From Camelus ferus (Eukaryota), in NCBI RefSeq assembly GCF_009834535.1, contig NC_045696.1, positions 62,250,001 to 62,314,000 on the forward strand: 64,000 nucleotides of DNA, read 5' to 3'. Of this stretch, positions 37,961-50,539 are shown piece by piece. The position numbers and the translations under genes are program-made. Position 1 is the first letter of the stretch; every line of letters starts with the position of its first letter. The notes below the pieces were generated by a model. That model was given only the letters and a program-made list of their open reading frames with translations. It had not been told where the DNA came from and ran no database searches.

Positions 37961-39224
37961 ATTGGTTACAGACCCCTCTGAGGGTTCTGATCCACCCAAT
38001 ACCAAACTCCACTCCATCATAAGTAGTGGATGAAGAGATCCAACAAGTATCTAAGAGCTTGAAGTGAACTCATCTTTCACATACTTCTGAATCCCAGGTA
38101 ATTTATGAAAATTGCATAAAGATAAAAGGAACAGAAAGTAATGAAAAAGCCCACATTCAGTTGCCATGGAAATCTATGCTTACCTTAGGGCTCATATTTG
38201 GTAAAATTTCCTGAAATTTCTCTTAAGTGTGCTAAGTGATCTTGGGGTTCTCTGAACCTCACTTTCTAAATCTGAAAAGTGAAAAAAAAAAACAAGCCAG
38301 GTTATTTTATCTTTGACATTCTATTAGTCTAATTCTATGAGTTCTGTCAACATCATCATCAGAAGAACTCTAGGATAAATGAATATTTTGTTACCTTTGG
38401 TCAAGAGACATCCATCTGATCATTCATTTGTTCATTGAATCATTCAATAAACTTTGATCAACTGTAAGGCACTGTGCTAGGCTCTGTAGAGAGTACAGAC
38501 TGGAAAACAGACCAAGTACATTGAACACAAATCTGTGCAGCTAACCTCTATAAGGAAATCAAGAACAACTACAAAAAAGTCATTATAATTGGCTTACAGT
38601 TGATGCTTTAAACCACTTTTGATGAAAAGTTACAGGCTCTTCTATTGGAATGTAAAATATGAAGACTAAGAAAATTTCCTGCAAGTGACTCAGAAATTCT
38701 CTGAATTCTAAACAGGCTCTCAAATGGCTATAGCGTTTAGAGAAAGCTAGCAGTGGAACTCTTTACCTTCAGTTCTTTGTGATGAGAATCTAAAACTTAT
38801 CATAAAAACTTCAAATCAGGTTCTAGTGCAACTATCTCAAGGGCAAGAAAAAATTTATTTGTTAGATTTTATCTAGAGTCTGGTATTGACTGCTGTCCAC
38901 TAAGGGACTTTCCTCCTGTCTTAAAAAAATTATAAAGTACAATTTCATTATTCATAAAGTATCTTTTCATTTGATCAAAAAGTAACTACATTTTATTTGG
39001 TAGAGGGAGATGGGATTGATTTGGCAAATGGAAACCAAGAAGATATTTCTAGATGGATGTTTTCACTTTCACTGTTACAGGAACAATGACAAAATTAGGC
39101 AGGAAATTACAGAAGTCTGTGACACAAAGGAGGAAATTACTCATGTGGTACCTGTGTAGAGAGGATACACGGAGAAGGTGCTGCAGACAGATAAAATGAG
39201 GGACTCGGTAAGCTTTTGTTTTTG

Positions 39225-39480
39225 TTTATTTCTGAGCATCACTGCTCACATCAGTACCAGGTGCCTTGCCCCGAGTAAGGGCACAAAGATGGGTAAGATG
39301 CTGTCCCTGCTTTCAAGATGCTTGTAGTCCATTTTGGGGAGACTCAGCCACATAACTAGACAGTTCCAGCCCAGAGTGATCAGGACCCTAATGGGCCAGT
39401 ACTGGGATTTGGGCGTATATAGGAAGGCCCTCACACATAGGCTGGGGGAGTCTCTCTAATGTGCTTTCCAGGACTGACAT
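39225..39480 (-). mobile_element. L2 3' fragment
   Basis: 'cacaaagatgggtaagatgctgtccctgctttcaagatgcttgtagtc'. Confidence 0.65.
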
Positions 39481-40231
39481 TTCATATGTGGCTCTGAAGA
39501 GAAAAATACATACAGAACTACCGGTATGATAAGAAATCCTTCAGAAGCAAAAATGGGACATGAAAATATTATCAAATCCTCTAATACGTTTACTCAATCA
39601 CACTTGGAAGGAGACAGGCAGACACGGAGGCTCTGGAGCCGGCAACACCTTCCTCCCAGATTTGCTCAGGTTGTTAGGGGCTCTCCAGAGACATCCACTT
39701 TTCCCATTAGCAGTGAGTGGGGCCAATGGATGCACAATGGCTGTACTAATATTCACTTCATTGGATTACAAAGCCGAGTAATTGCCATTTATGTTTCAAG
39801 TAATGGTGAGGGCATTCATCTGTGTTTTCGTTTATTTGTACAGCAATTAATTTGTACCCAAATTAACAATAAAAATGGTTATGTGATCCAATAAAGTAGA
39901 AATGATGTCAAGAAAAAAAATAACCTCATCTGTTTTACCCTACTAAGCAAGGCCAAATCACACTTTTCCCCTTCCACTGTTGTTTGTCTTTCTGGAGCAG
40001 GTTATTTTCAGGCAGGCAGAGTGGGAACTGGGCGTGCATGCTGGCCTCTGTCAGGGGTCCAGCCTCAAAGGCTGTAGACAGGAAAATGGGATTTGTGTGA
40101 TGAAAATTATTGTTGACTTGAAATGATACAGGCAGGTCACTACTGCAGGGTGCTCCCAAGTAAGGCCAGGAAACAGGCCCTCTGGAATTGTTTAAGGCAA
40201 AGCTAGACACCAACTAACTCAGATATTAGCA

Positions 40232-40574
40232 CAGAATTAACAAACTGGGGCTCTTGGGCAGCATATGGCTAGCAGACACATTTTGTTTGGCAGGAAAGGG
40301 TTTTAACTCTTTGGATTTGTTTCCAATGCTTAAAAATTAGGATATTTCACATGAATATTCAAATCTCCAATTCTCTTGAAAAGCTGGAATGTTGCTTGCG
40401 CGGCATCTACATTCCTGCCTAGCAAAACTTGGTTGGAGCTGAGTGATCATTGTCCCCTTTAGTCAGGCAGTGCTGACCAATTTACTGCAATCCCCATCAC
40501 TCCCTATTGTCCTGTACTGTGCCTGCTTCTCTTGTTATTAACTCAGTTGTCTCCCACAGGAGTCTGTGACCCTG
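40232..40574. mobile_element. MER102-like hAT-Charlie element
   Basis: 'cagacacattttgtttggc...ttctcttgaaaagctggaa...ttggagctgagt...gtcccctttag'. Confidence 0.7.
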
Positions 40575-41097
40575 TTTTAGCATTTTCCTTACAGAAATAA
40601 CTTGCTTTGTTCACTCTTTACATCAGCTTCACCTGGAGCATTTTGTTTTCATAGAGTTTGAATGTCTTGGGCATAGAGGGTTCTCCCTGACTGAAGGTCT
40701 TACACCTGCTGCTGTGCTCTTTGGTTTTGGCATTGAACCTGTTGCATAGCTCCATAGACCCATCCAAAGGGAAGTTACTTAGGACAGCATCTTACCTAAC
40801 TGCCTCATCTAGGAACAGAGGCTCAGAGAGGCCAAGGTACTCATTTAAGCTACACAAAATCTTGAGACAGAACCAAGACTAGAACCAATTCCAGTACTTT
40901 TCCTACTACATTTTAGTCCCTTCTGGGGTCCTCATTCATGATACTGCATGTCTCAAAGCAAGAATATAATTTCCTAAACTTCGAAAAGTTTGAATAATGT
41001 AGGCTCGTTGAGCATGGCTATCTGCTCTAGAAGATGGCACCCAGTGATAAGATGTGGTGTTTAAAGCTTATTTTCTGATTCCATCTGTTGACTTCTG

Positions 41098-41310
41098 AAA
41101 GCCTTGAACTGGGAGTGAGGCCAACAGGGTTGGAGTCCCAGCTCTCCCTCTTACCAGCTGTGTGACCTTGGGCAAGTTTCCTCGCCTCTCTGAGTCATAA
41201 TTTCCCAAGTACAAAAAAGGAATGCCTGCCTCACAGGATGTCCTGACAATCCCAGGACATAACAAACATGAAAGTTCTCAGAAAAATGAAAAATTTAGAT
41301 CAAGTTACTA
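41098..41310 (+). mobile_element. MIR SINE
   Basis: 'tcccagctctccctcttaccagctgtgtgaccttgggcaagtttcctcgcctctctgag'. Confidence 0.85.
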
Positions 41311-44118
41311 TTACAGGTTATTGAGCTTAGATATCAGAGAATCTCAGAATTCCCTTGTTTTACAAATGAGGCACTGAGCCTTCGAGAACAGGGTCATTCA
41401 GCCAGCTATGGGCAGAATTAAGATGAGCAAGCAGATTTCAAGTCTTCCTTGCCACTACCATCGTTGGACTTCTGGATCTCATTTAAAGCTATGTGGGCCC
41501 CAGCACGTGGGCACCTGGCCATAGGGTGAAATGGGAAACGCCCTAACCTCTCCACACAAGGGTTTGTAGAAGCAGAACCCCAACCTCAGAAACAGAGCCA
41601 TTAAAGGGCTCTCATTCTAAGTGCAGAGTCTGCATTTGCTGGTGGCTGATTCCCAGTCCAGGAGCATGGACTTGGGAGGCATTATACTGTGCAAATGAAC
41701 ACTTTTTGCAAATCTATGGGAACTGCCAGCTCTCTCAGTTTAACTAGATCTCTGCAGTGACATCCAGACGTGTTCTGCATTAAATTAGAGCTGGTAATTT
41801 CAGAGGGAAACAGCTCTGAAATGGCAAGAAAGACAAAAATCTGTTCCTTGAAAAATGACACCATATGTGCCCGCATCGCTGCAGTTAGGGTAAAAGGCTT
41901 TCCCTCCCTTTGTTACTCATCAAGCCGCCAATGTTAATGTCAGATTTGCAACAGAACCATATACTAATGGAACCCAAATTAGCTCTAAAATTAGCTCTTA
42001 ACAAGAAACTGGAGGCTAGCTCAAGGCAAGCAGATTTCTCTGACTGTGAGAGACAGAAAGCATTTTAGCAAAGCAGCCACATATTGATATTCTCAAGCCT
42101 CAAAAAAGATCCCTCTTTGCTCTAAGTGAATTGCCCGGGAAAAATTGTGCACAGCCTCCTGTCTGCCTGTGCCTGAGGAACTGGCAGCTCAACCTGCAGT
42201 TTTAAGAAACCTTCCCCCAAACAAAACAGCTACTGGGAGTCTGGGGTGTGGGTGAGGACAAAGAAGGATTTTGAGGGTCAGATCTGGGTTGGGGACTGGG
42301 TCCTAGGAGTGACAGCGGTTCCGATTTTAGAGCGTGTTTCATTATCACTGCTTATCCTAACACCTTTAGAGAACTCAAAGACTACAGGAAAACCAGTGAT
42401 GGAAAATCTTTATAAACAATATTCAGCAACTAAAATGGTTCATTGTGAGTTATTTTCCACCATCCTGAAAAATTTTGAACTGAAAATTTTTCTAAAGAGT
42501 ATCATATCAGTAGTACCATTCCTGAGATATTAATAGAATGGTAAACTTCATTAACAGGTCTCCACACCCACCAAGTTTTTGCTGCCCCTGGCTCCTCAAT
42601 GGTCTCAGGTTGGAATTTGAAGGTCAAAGGGTCTGCATTTTGAAGGCCACTTTGCTCTTGGGGTTCACTCCAGGTTTGTGGACCAGGGCTGGGGGCAGGA
42701 GGGCACAGGGAGTAGGATGGGTAGTTAGAAGCACTGAAACTTACCCAAGGGAAAAACAACATAATGAAGAAATCAAAGTAAAGAAGCAGCTGGGGAGTAG
42801 CAGGAAGGTGGCATTAGTCTGGGTGTGGGGTAGTGTGAATTAGGCATTCCTCCATCAGGAAAAATGTATCTAGTTCTTTTGGATGAGGTGCCTATGTTCC
42901 CATATACTGTGAAAAACAACAAACTCCCAATTGGAGCGCCTCTGAACCTGACATATGGGGCATGTGAAATCAACTCATCTTCACGCCCAGAACATGTGTT
43001 GAATGCTGTCGGTTGTGCATCAAGTGAGTGGGCTAATAAGTCCTCCTCTCAGCCTCACAGAGCTCAGTCTATTGGGATGATAAGATGGGTACACAGGAAA
43101 CCAAAATACAAGCACCTAATATGGGGCGAGAGCTCCGAGGAAGGGCCCGAGAAAGCACTTTGGGGCTGCAGATGAAGGAGCGATTAGTTCTGTGTTGTAT
43201 CTGGGGAATCTGCACAAAAGAGGTGGCATCTGAACTGGGCCTGGAAGGACTGGAAGAAATTTGTTCCGGGACTTTTAGAGTCAAATTCTAAGCCTATTTG
43301 TGAAGAAAAAATATTAATCTCATGAGAACAGTTCTGACTTGGGTTCTAACCCCAGCTCAACATTAAAAGATTGCTATGTAACTTCAACCAATTCATTTAA
43401 CTTCTCTGGCAATTAAAAAAGATGGTGTATATGAATGTGATTTATAACAGAGAAAACTACACAAATGCTAGTTATTAGTAATGAATGATACGTGTATTGC
43501 CTCACAGAGTTGTTATGAGATTTCTTTGAAAGTGTTATTCAAAAGGAAGTTACTATTATAAAACAAATTCTAGAATTTTCTGGCCCCAGAAAGAGCTACA
43601 AATGTAATAAAGGTTTATCAAATTATCAACAACTGAAGGAAAAAACTGAAGCCCAGAACATACTGTATTAGGTTACCTGGAATTATAACTGGCAGAAACA
43701 TTTTTCTTATTTAAAAAGAGCCTTTTAAGTGAAACAAATATCAAGTTCTCTAATGATGCTTTTAAATCAGTTTTTAAGATGAAGAACTTGCTATCATAAT
43801 TGCTCATTTTCCCTGGCACTGCTTGGCAGGACAAATCTCATAAACTTACAGCCTTTTGTGTCAATACAAATAGATCCATCTTCTCTGATTTTCTCTACAG
43901 TTTAGGATCAATGGTACAAATGTACTGGCACTGGAGAGCATGGGCTTGCATTTTGTCCTTTTTCTAAATCTGCCAAGAGTTTCAGGAGGTGGTTTCTAAT
44001 AAATCTTACTCATCAATAAAACAAGCTCCATTTGAATCTATCCCTCAAACTCAAGAAAAAGAAAGACTCCCAATTAAAAACAAGAGACTACAAAACTTGA
44101 CAGTACCTAAATGGGAAG

Positions 44119-44514
44119 TACAATTTGTTAGGGCGGCTATAACAAAGGACCGCAGACTGGGTGGCTTAAACAACAGAAATTTATTTCCTCAGTTCTGGAG
44201 GCTGAAAATCCAAGATCAAGGTGTTAGCAGGGTTGGTTTGTCCTGAAGCCTCTCTTCTTGGCCTGTAGGTGGGCAACTTCTCCCCATGTTTTCACATGGT
44301 CTTTTCTCTGTACCTGTCTGTGCCCAAATTTCCTCTTCTTATAAGGATTCTATTCATATTGGATGAGGTCCCATCCATATGACCTCATTTTACAGTAATT
44401 ACCTCTTTAAAGGTCTTATCTCCAAATACAGTCACATTCTGAGGTACCACAGGTTAGGACTTCAACATATGAATTTAAGGAGGTGGGGGGGGACAGGACA
44501 TGATTCAGCCTATA
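44119..44514 (-). mobile_element. MLT1B-like MaLR solo LTR
   Basis: 'gggtggcttaaacaacagaaatttattt...cagttctggaggctg...tctccaaatacagtcacattctgaggtac'; 5-bp TSD ggaag (44114 / 44515). Confidence 0.9.
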
Positions 44515-45324
44515 GGAAGGCAACACTCAGTATCTCATGTAAAAGGCCACAGAAAATCTCCATAACACCAGTGGAAGGCAAAGACTTATTACTCACTCTC
44601 CTGTACAAACCACGCACATCTGTAATGTGTGTTTCACCCAGTCTTGGGGCCAGGTGTGGCCTGTGCAAGAGCACAAATGGCACAAGGCTGTACCTTTCCA
44701 TCAAAGCAGCCCCATGGGAATGGGCTGTGGGAGAGGAGGTGGGGCTTGTCTGTCAATGTCAAGGTCTGCTGTGCCAGCAGCCAAACCGCAGCTGCTGGAG
44801 CAGTGGGAAGGAACAGGAGAAGAAGGGAGGGTAGCCGTGCAGCTTTTCTAGGAACCATGTTGGTTGTCTGACCCCCAACATTTTTTTTAAAGGAATTCTT
44901 CCCAGTTAGGAAATCTGGGAGCAGATCCTGAGTCCCTGGAGATCTGATCCCCCTCTCCCACCCCAAACCTAACGACAGATGACAGTTGATGGGGAAGACA
45001 GAGATGAAAAAGACTGTCTCACTAGTAATGGGCTCTGCCTTTTCAGATTTCCGAAGAAACCTACAAAGAAAAACAAGTGTGTTCAAACACCACTCCACCC
45101 AACCCTGCTGATGGGGGGCCTGGGCCCCCCAGTCTGGAAGCTCCCTGCTTTTCTTGTGGGAACAGTGGATGTGCTTTGAGGCAAGCTCCAGAATGCCTGT
45201 AATTTTCCACCTGTGGACCTCCATGACAGACACAAGCCTAAACAGGAGTGACATGGGAAACAGGGAAGCATAGCTTCTAGTCTAATGAAACAGGATCACC
45301 TAGAGACACTGGGACTAACCAGTC

Positions 45325-45545
45325 ATGACAATGACTGGAATTACTGAGTGCCTCTTGCGTACCAGGATTACAGATATTATACAATTTAATCTCCGCACTC
45401 TGAGGTAGAGATCATTATCTTCATTTAACAAATGAGGCCCAGTTCAGCAAAGTTCACCTCCCCAGGACCACCAACTGTAAGTGATGGCTCTGGGATTGGA
45501 AACAAAGCTGAGATAGCTGTCCACAGGACAGCGCTGCCTTCCCCT
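45325..45545 (-). mobile_element. MIR SINE
   Basis: 'ttactgagtgcct...tttaatctcc...tgaggtagagatcattatcttcatttaacaaatgagg'. Confidence 0.65.
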
Positions 45546-47094
45546 GCGCCCAGCCACTGGTAACAGAATCCCATAGGCCCTGTGGCTTCCCTGCAGGCCT
45601 ACCATACCTCAGGGGCCAAAGTCACTGGAGTCAGCCCCAAATGGTTCTCTCTTCTGCCTCTGCCAAGTGCAACCTCACATGGCCACTCAGTGTCCTGCTC
45701 AGGAGAGCACATAGAAGGCCCTTAACAAAGGGGAACTAAACTCAAGTACCATCAGGTCATGACATAAGCCACTGGGGTGAATGCCATTACCCTGATTTTA
45801 GATAAAGGTCCTGGGAGGCCCAGGAAAGTCCTTTGCCAAATTAGCAGAGTGCTGGCCTGTCAGCCACAGATGAGCTCTCAGCTTCAGTCCTGCAGGATGA
45901 GGGAAAAAGGATGAGAGCAAAGACAAATTTCCAGACCTGAAGGGACAGCCCTCTGTGATCTGTGGTACCACTTTTCCTCTCCTTTACAGTAAGGTGCTTA
46001 ATATAGAGTCTTAACGATAATTTCTAGTCTGAAACAGCAATTTAATCAAGACGACAGAAAGTGGAGAACAGCTATGTCTAATGCTGTCACTGTGTTCTTT
46101 TGGACAAATCATTCCCCCATCACATGCTTTGCTTCTCTAGCTGCCAAACTGAGCCGATAATGCTGACCACCTATTTCCCTTAGGGGAAAGAAGAGAGTAT
46201 TTACATCCAGCAGAGCCTGCAGCTCCTGGAGAAAAGTATTAGATAAACACTGTACCGTTCAAATGGAATCTGGGCTTGTTTTTACTTTTACTGCCAAGCT
46301 AGAAGTACACAGCATTTCAGATATGTCCTCTAAAGCTTTAAGAGCTGTTTTCATTTTCCTGAGTGCTTTAGGAAAGAGAGTACTAATGTGTTTTAGAAAA
46401 CTATGCAATTTTCTCTTTTGGAATTTGGAATCTCTGGATGGGTAAGGGAAAAACCAGATTAAGAAATCAATCTAGTCTATCACTTCTACTCACACACACA
46501 CAGACCCTCCTTCTTGGCAGGTGTCAGTCAAAAGTTTATGGAAACACTGCAGTCTGGGGGAAATCCTGACTCATTTTCTCACCCTCAGGGAAAGCAAGTA
46601 TTTGGTTTTCCTTTTTCTTAATCGAAACTACTTTCTTCCCCAAAGCCTTTTCTAAATAGCTATTGATTTCCTTCGACTTGAATAGGCCATTAATAATGCT
46701 GGGTCCTCAGGAGTCCCTTTAATGTCTTGTCTTTGGGATTGTATTTGCTTGCTGAGGTCCTCTGGGGGCCTGCATCCCAGTGGCAGGTGAGCAGCCCAAA
46801 ATGGGCTTTCGGGGTAATTTGCATCACAGCCACACCCCAACCCAGGACCGAGGTTGGGGAAATGAGCTTGCCTGATGCCCACCCTGACCCCAGCATCTGT
46901 ACCCACAGCCATGTCCAATCCGAGGCCAGCTCCAGTTCTCAGGGGTTGCCAGCAGGCAGGAACCTGCTAAAGAGCTAACTGGTAACATGGCGACAGCTGC
47001 TAATAATAAGAAGGATCATCCCTGAACCAGGTACCGCTTAGGCAACTCCAGAATCTCTTTGGCCTCTCCAAAGGCCACTTGTTTCAGCCCTGGT

Positions 47095-47602
47095 CTTCAC
47101 TGCAGTGACCTGCTCTGTGTGGGCCCCAACAACTTTCACCTCAGCCCGACCCCACAGCGCCTCTCCTGAAGGCCACTCCATTCACCACCATCATGGGGAC
47201 AGGGCTTCCCTGTTGACCCTGACAAGTAAAGTGCCTTGTGGACCACCTGGTGCTCGCGCATGCGCAGCGTGGAAGAGTAGAGGAACTCATGCCCATGGGC
47301 CAAACGTCTCCAATAAGAGATGAGAGTTGGCAGATACACTCTTCTCTCTTCCTCTTCCGACCGACTGAGAAGGAATGTTGTATATGTTTGTCATATGGCC
47401 TCTCAGAAGATGGTCTCGTAAAACAAGCAGTCGTGGTTTGTACAAGTTGTGGCCAGTTTGGAAACATGCCCTTCTATTGACTCTCCCTCAGCTTTACTCT
47501 GCTTTTCCCTTCCTTCCACTCCATGGGGTTGCACCCCCTAATAAAGCAGATACTTAAGCATTTACCTCAGGCTCTGCTCTCTAAGGAACCCAGGGTAGAT
47601 CA
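47095..47602 (+). mobile_element. LTR16-family ERVL solo LTR
   Basis: 3' end 'cctaataaagc...ctcaggctctgctctctaaggaacccagggtagatca' and internal 'gcatgcgcagcgtggaag'; left boundary uncertain. Confidence 0.7.
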
Positions 47603-49159
47603 TCCTTCATAAGGATGTGAGCATTTTCAAAGGGACATCTTGAAGGAAGAGGTGTTGAGACTCTAAGAGGCATTCTAGAGATGGGATCCTGGACAGAGGG
47701 GTTGAAGGAGGGTAAAGTTAATCCAGATTTTCAGAAGTGGGTGGGGAGGGAATGATGCTGTCTTTGGCTGCCTTGTCACTGCATGCCAACAAGCTTCCTC
47801 TTCCTTTTGCCCTTGCTGTGACCCAAGCTTCTCTCTGCCTGGCTCTGCTGTGACATGTTTGGTTTTTTTTTTTCCCCCACTTGTACATTCTGCTTCTCAA
47901 GGTGTTTCATCCCAGAGAAACACCTGCTCCCTCTGAAGGAGGTTGCCTGAATTATAAATGAGGCTCCAACAGAGAAAGATGTGCTCAAGTGAGGGGAAAG
48001 AGAAAAACAGGTAAACAAGTGGGTCAGAACGTTTCTCTGAGCATCCCAGGACAATGCAAACTTTGCTTTCCCTTGAGCTCCTAGTTTGAACCCTGAGACC
48101 TACCTCAGGATGGTCTGAAATCATCCTGACCACCACTTTCTTCTTATGTTCTGGGCTTCACCACCTCTGTTCTTTGCCTCACTCTCTTTCCTCTGCTTGT
48201 AATGTGACCTCTTTACCCCCATCTCTATGTCCAAATCCTATGTGTTCTTCAGGACTCACAACAAAATGCTAGCTCCTCCAGGAAGCCTTCCCAGATATCC
48301 CAGTTGGGCATGATCTCTCAGGCCTCAGTCCTTTCCCTGTCTTTACTTTCTTACCTCTGATTGTAAGCATCTTATTAGTGGGACTCCGGCTAATTCTCCT
48401 CTGTGAGTAAGTAGTTGGTCAGGAAATAATGAGAAAAGGCAGGAAGGGAGGGAAGGAAGGAGGTACTGTGGGCCCAGACAAGTGTCTCCTGAGGCGGGAA
48501 TACAGCAGGGTCAGTGGCTAGTTTTCTTTGCTTTCTCCTTTTTGTGCACGTTTGGTGTTGTTAATGACAAGTTGCAGCAGAGAATCTCAACTTTGCTTCC
48601 CTCAGAGGAGGCGTTGCCTGAGGTAATGTTCTTTCGTTGCTTCTCTTCGCCTCATTGAAAAAGCCTGTGTCTGAAGCCTATTAGTGACTCCAGTGTGGGG
48701 ACTTTGCAGGGAGGAGTTACCAAAGGACATGACAGACATGGATCCCAAGCGCCCAGTCAGTAGGGAAAGAAGCTGTGCTGGGGGATGGGAAGCCCCTGAC
48801 CCTTGCATTCTCCTCAGTCTCCCTCCCCAGCACACCGTCCTCACCTTTCACCTTGTTGTCTCCTTTGAGTCTGGTCTCCTCTCCTTCCTCCAACACTCTC
48901 TGAGCTTTAAGTCCCTAGTGACTAGATTTATTGTCTTGCACATTTAAACAGTGCCCTTTTGCACATAGGAAGCCCTCAAACATATGTATTGAGTTAGTAA
49001 AGACAGACCACTTCCTTAATCCAAATTGCTTGAAGGGTAAAGAGACCCTCTGTTGAAGGCAGGGCTCTCCCCTGGGGACATGGGTGAGGCACATGGGACA
49101 TCCAAGTGGCTTTCTACACCTGCTGAATCCTCTGCTTGATATGGTCCAGGCATCCCATA

Positions 49160-49333
49160 GAGCTGCTGGATAAAATCTAAGATGCCCAGTTAAATTGGAA
49201 TTTCATATAAACAATGAATAATTTTTAATGTAAGTATTTGGAACATACTTATACTAAAACATAATGTGTTGTTTATCTGAAATTCCAATTTAAGTGGACA
49301 TCCCATATTTTTTTGCTCTATCTCGCAAGCCTC
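49160..49333. mobile_element. MER53 palindromic hAT-type MITE
   Basis: Inverted arms 'gatgcccagttaaattggaatttcatataaacaa' / 'ttgtttatctgaaattccaatttaagtggacatc'. Confidence 0.88.
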
Positions 49334-50539
49334 CCTGAGAGGATCCTGGAACCCTTTGTTGTAGCCAGTTACAGATCCCCCTCTGGGTCCCTGGGGCCAG
49401 GGAGAGGTGGTGTCAACTGCGAGAAACTTCAGGAGTTTCTGTCTTATTGATTTCTTCCCCTCTAAATCATTTTACAACTAGAAAATAATTATTGCCATTT
49501 TTTTCTTTTAGGATTACTTTTAAGATGGGTTAAAAATACATGCTTTGCCATACTGTATATGCTGTATGTCAGAGAAAGCACTAACGGAGCATGGCCACGC
49601 ACAGTCTCTCTTCACTCTCAGGATGACCCCGGAGCACAGGATGGACAGGTGGATAATCACTATCTGTCTGCTTCATAGTTGGGGAACTGAAGGTCCAGGG
49701 AGTACAGTGACTCACTGAGAGTCCCAGGAATGGTGCTGGGGTTGCCAAAACAAGTCTTAGGCTCCTGGTGCAAAGGCTCCTCCCTCCTTGCAGCCGCCTC
49801 CTCCTTCGCAGGTCACTGGGCTCCAAGTTAATTAGGCAGCAAAGAAGTCTTTGGAGGAAGTTGAAAGTGAAAGGAAGTCCCCTGGAGGGACTGGTGCGGG
49901 GCGAGCAAACCAGAGTGGCCTGTTTTAACTGATCTCTGACTGTGCCGAGGATGGCGGCTCCCAGGGCGAGCAGCTGCTGGTTCTGAGTCAGCTCCTTCGG
50001 GTGAGGCTCAGCCTGCCCAGAGTGCAGGCCTTTCTGGCTCTCTATCTTTTTTCTTCCCCAAGCTCTTTGTGCAGGAAGTGGGTCTGTGCAAAGCCAGAGG
50101 TTTCTTCTGCTTTCTTAACTGGCCAAGCAGCTTGGAGCCCGGAGTGCTGGGAATACTGTCCAGGGTCACCTATCGCTTCCCCCAACCTTTCCACCCAGTT
50201 TATTCTCGAAGCCCCAAGAGATCTGACTCTGCAGATGAAGCTAGACATGGCTCTAAAAACGCTGCAGGAAGCTTTTGAAGCACAAAATACTTTGTGAAGG
50301 AGTTTGAAAACTTCCATGCAACTTAGCAAGTTTCTTGGCATTAGAGGTTTATTCAAGGCCACCCAGAATGCATATGCTTATCTATAACCCTGGACAAAGA
50401 GAAGCCTTCCAAGAGGGAAAAAAAGAAACTCTCTCCATTCTCACTAGAGGCCTTGGGATTTGGAAAGATCTCCAGAAAGAAGGACCTTGGATTTGGGGGC
50501 CCTCTTGCCACTGAAGTCACATAGCCAATGATTTGCTTG

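Noticed and set aside
44634..45254. 206-aa minus-strand ORF
   Set aside because: Non-ATG start, no recognisable domain or exon structure; consistent with chance.
50001..50297. 98-aa ORF ending in a helical-looking LQMKLDMALKTLQEAFEAQ
   Set aside because: GTG start and no recognisable family; the upstream acceptor-like tract alone is insufficient evidence.
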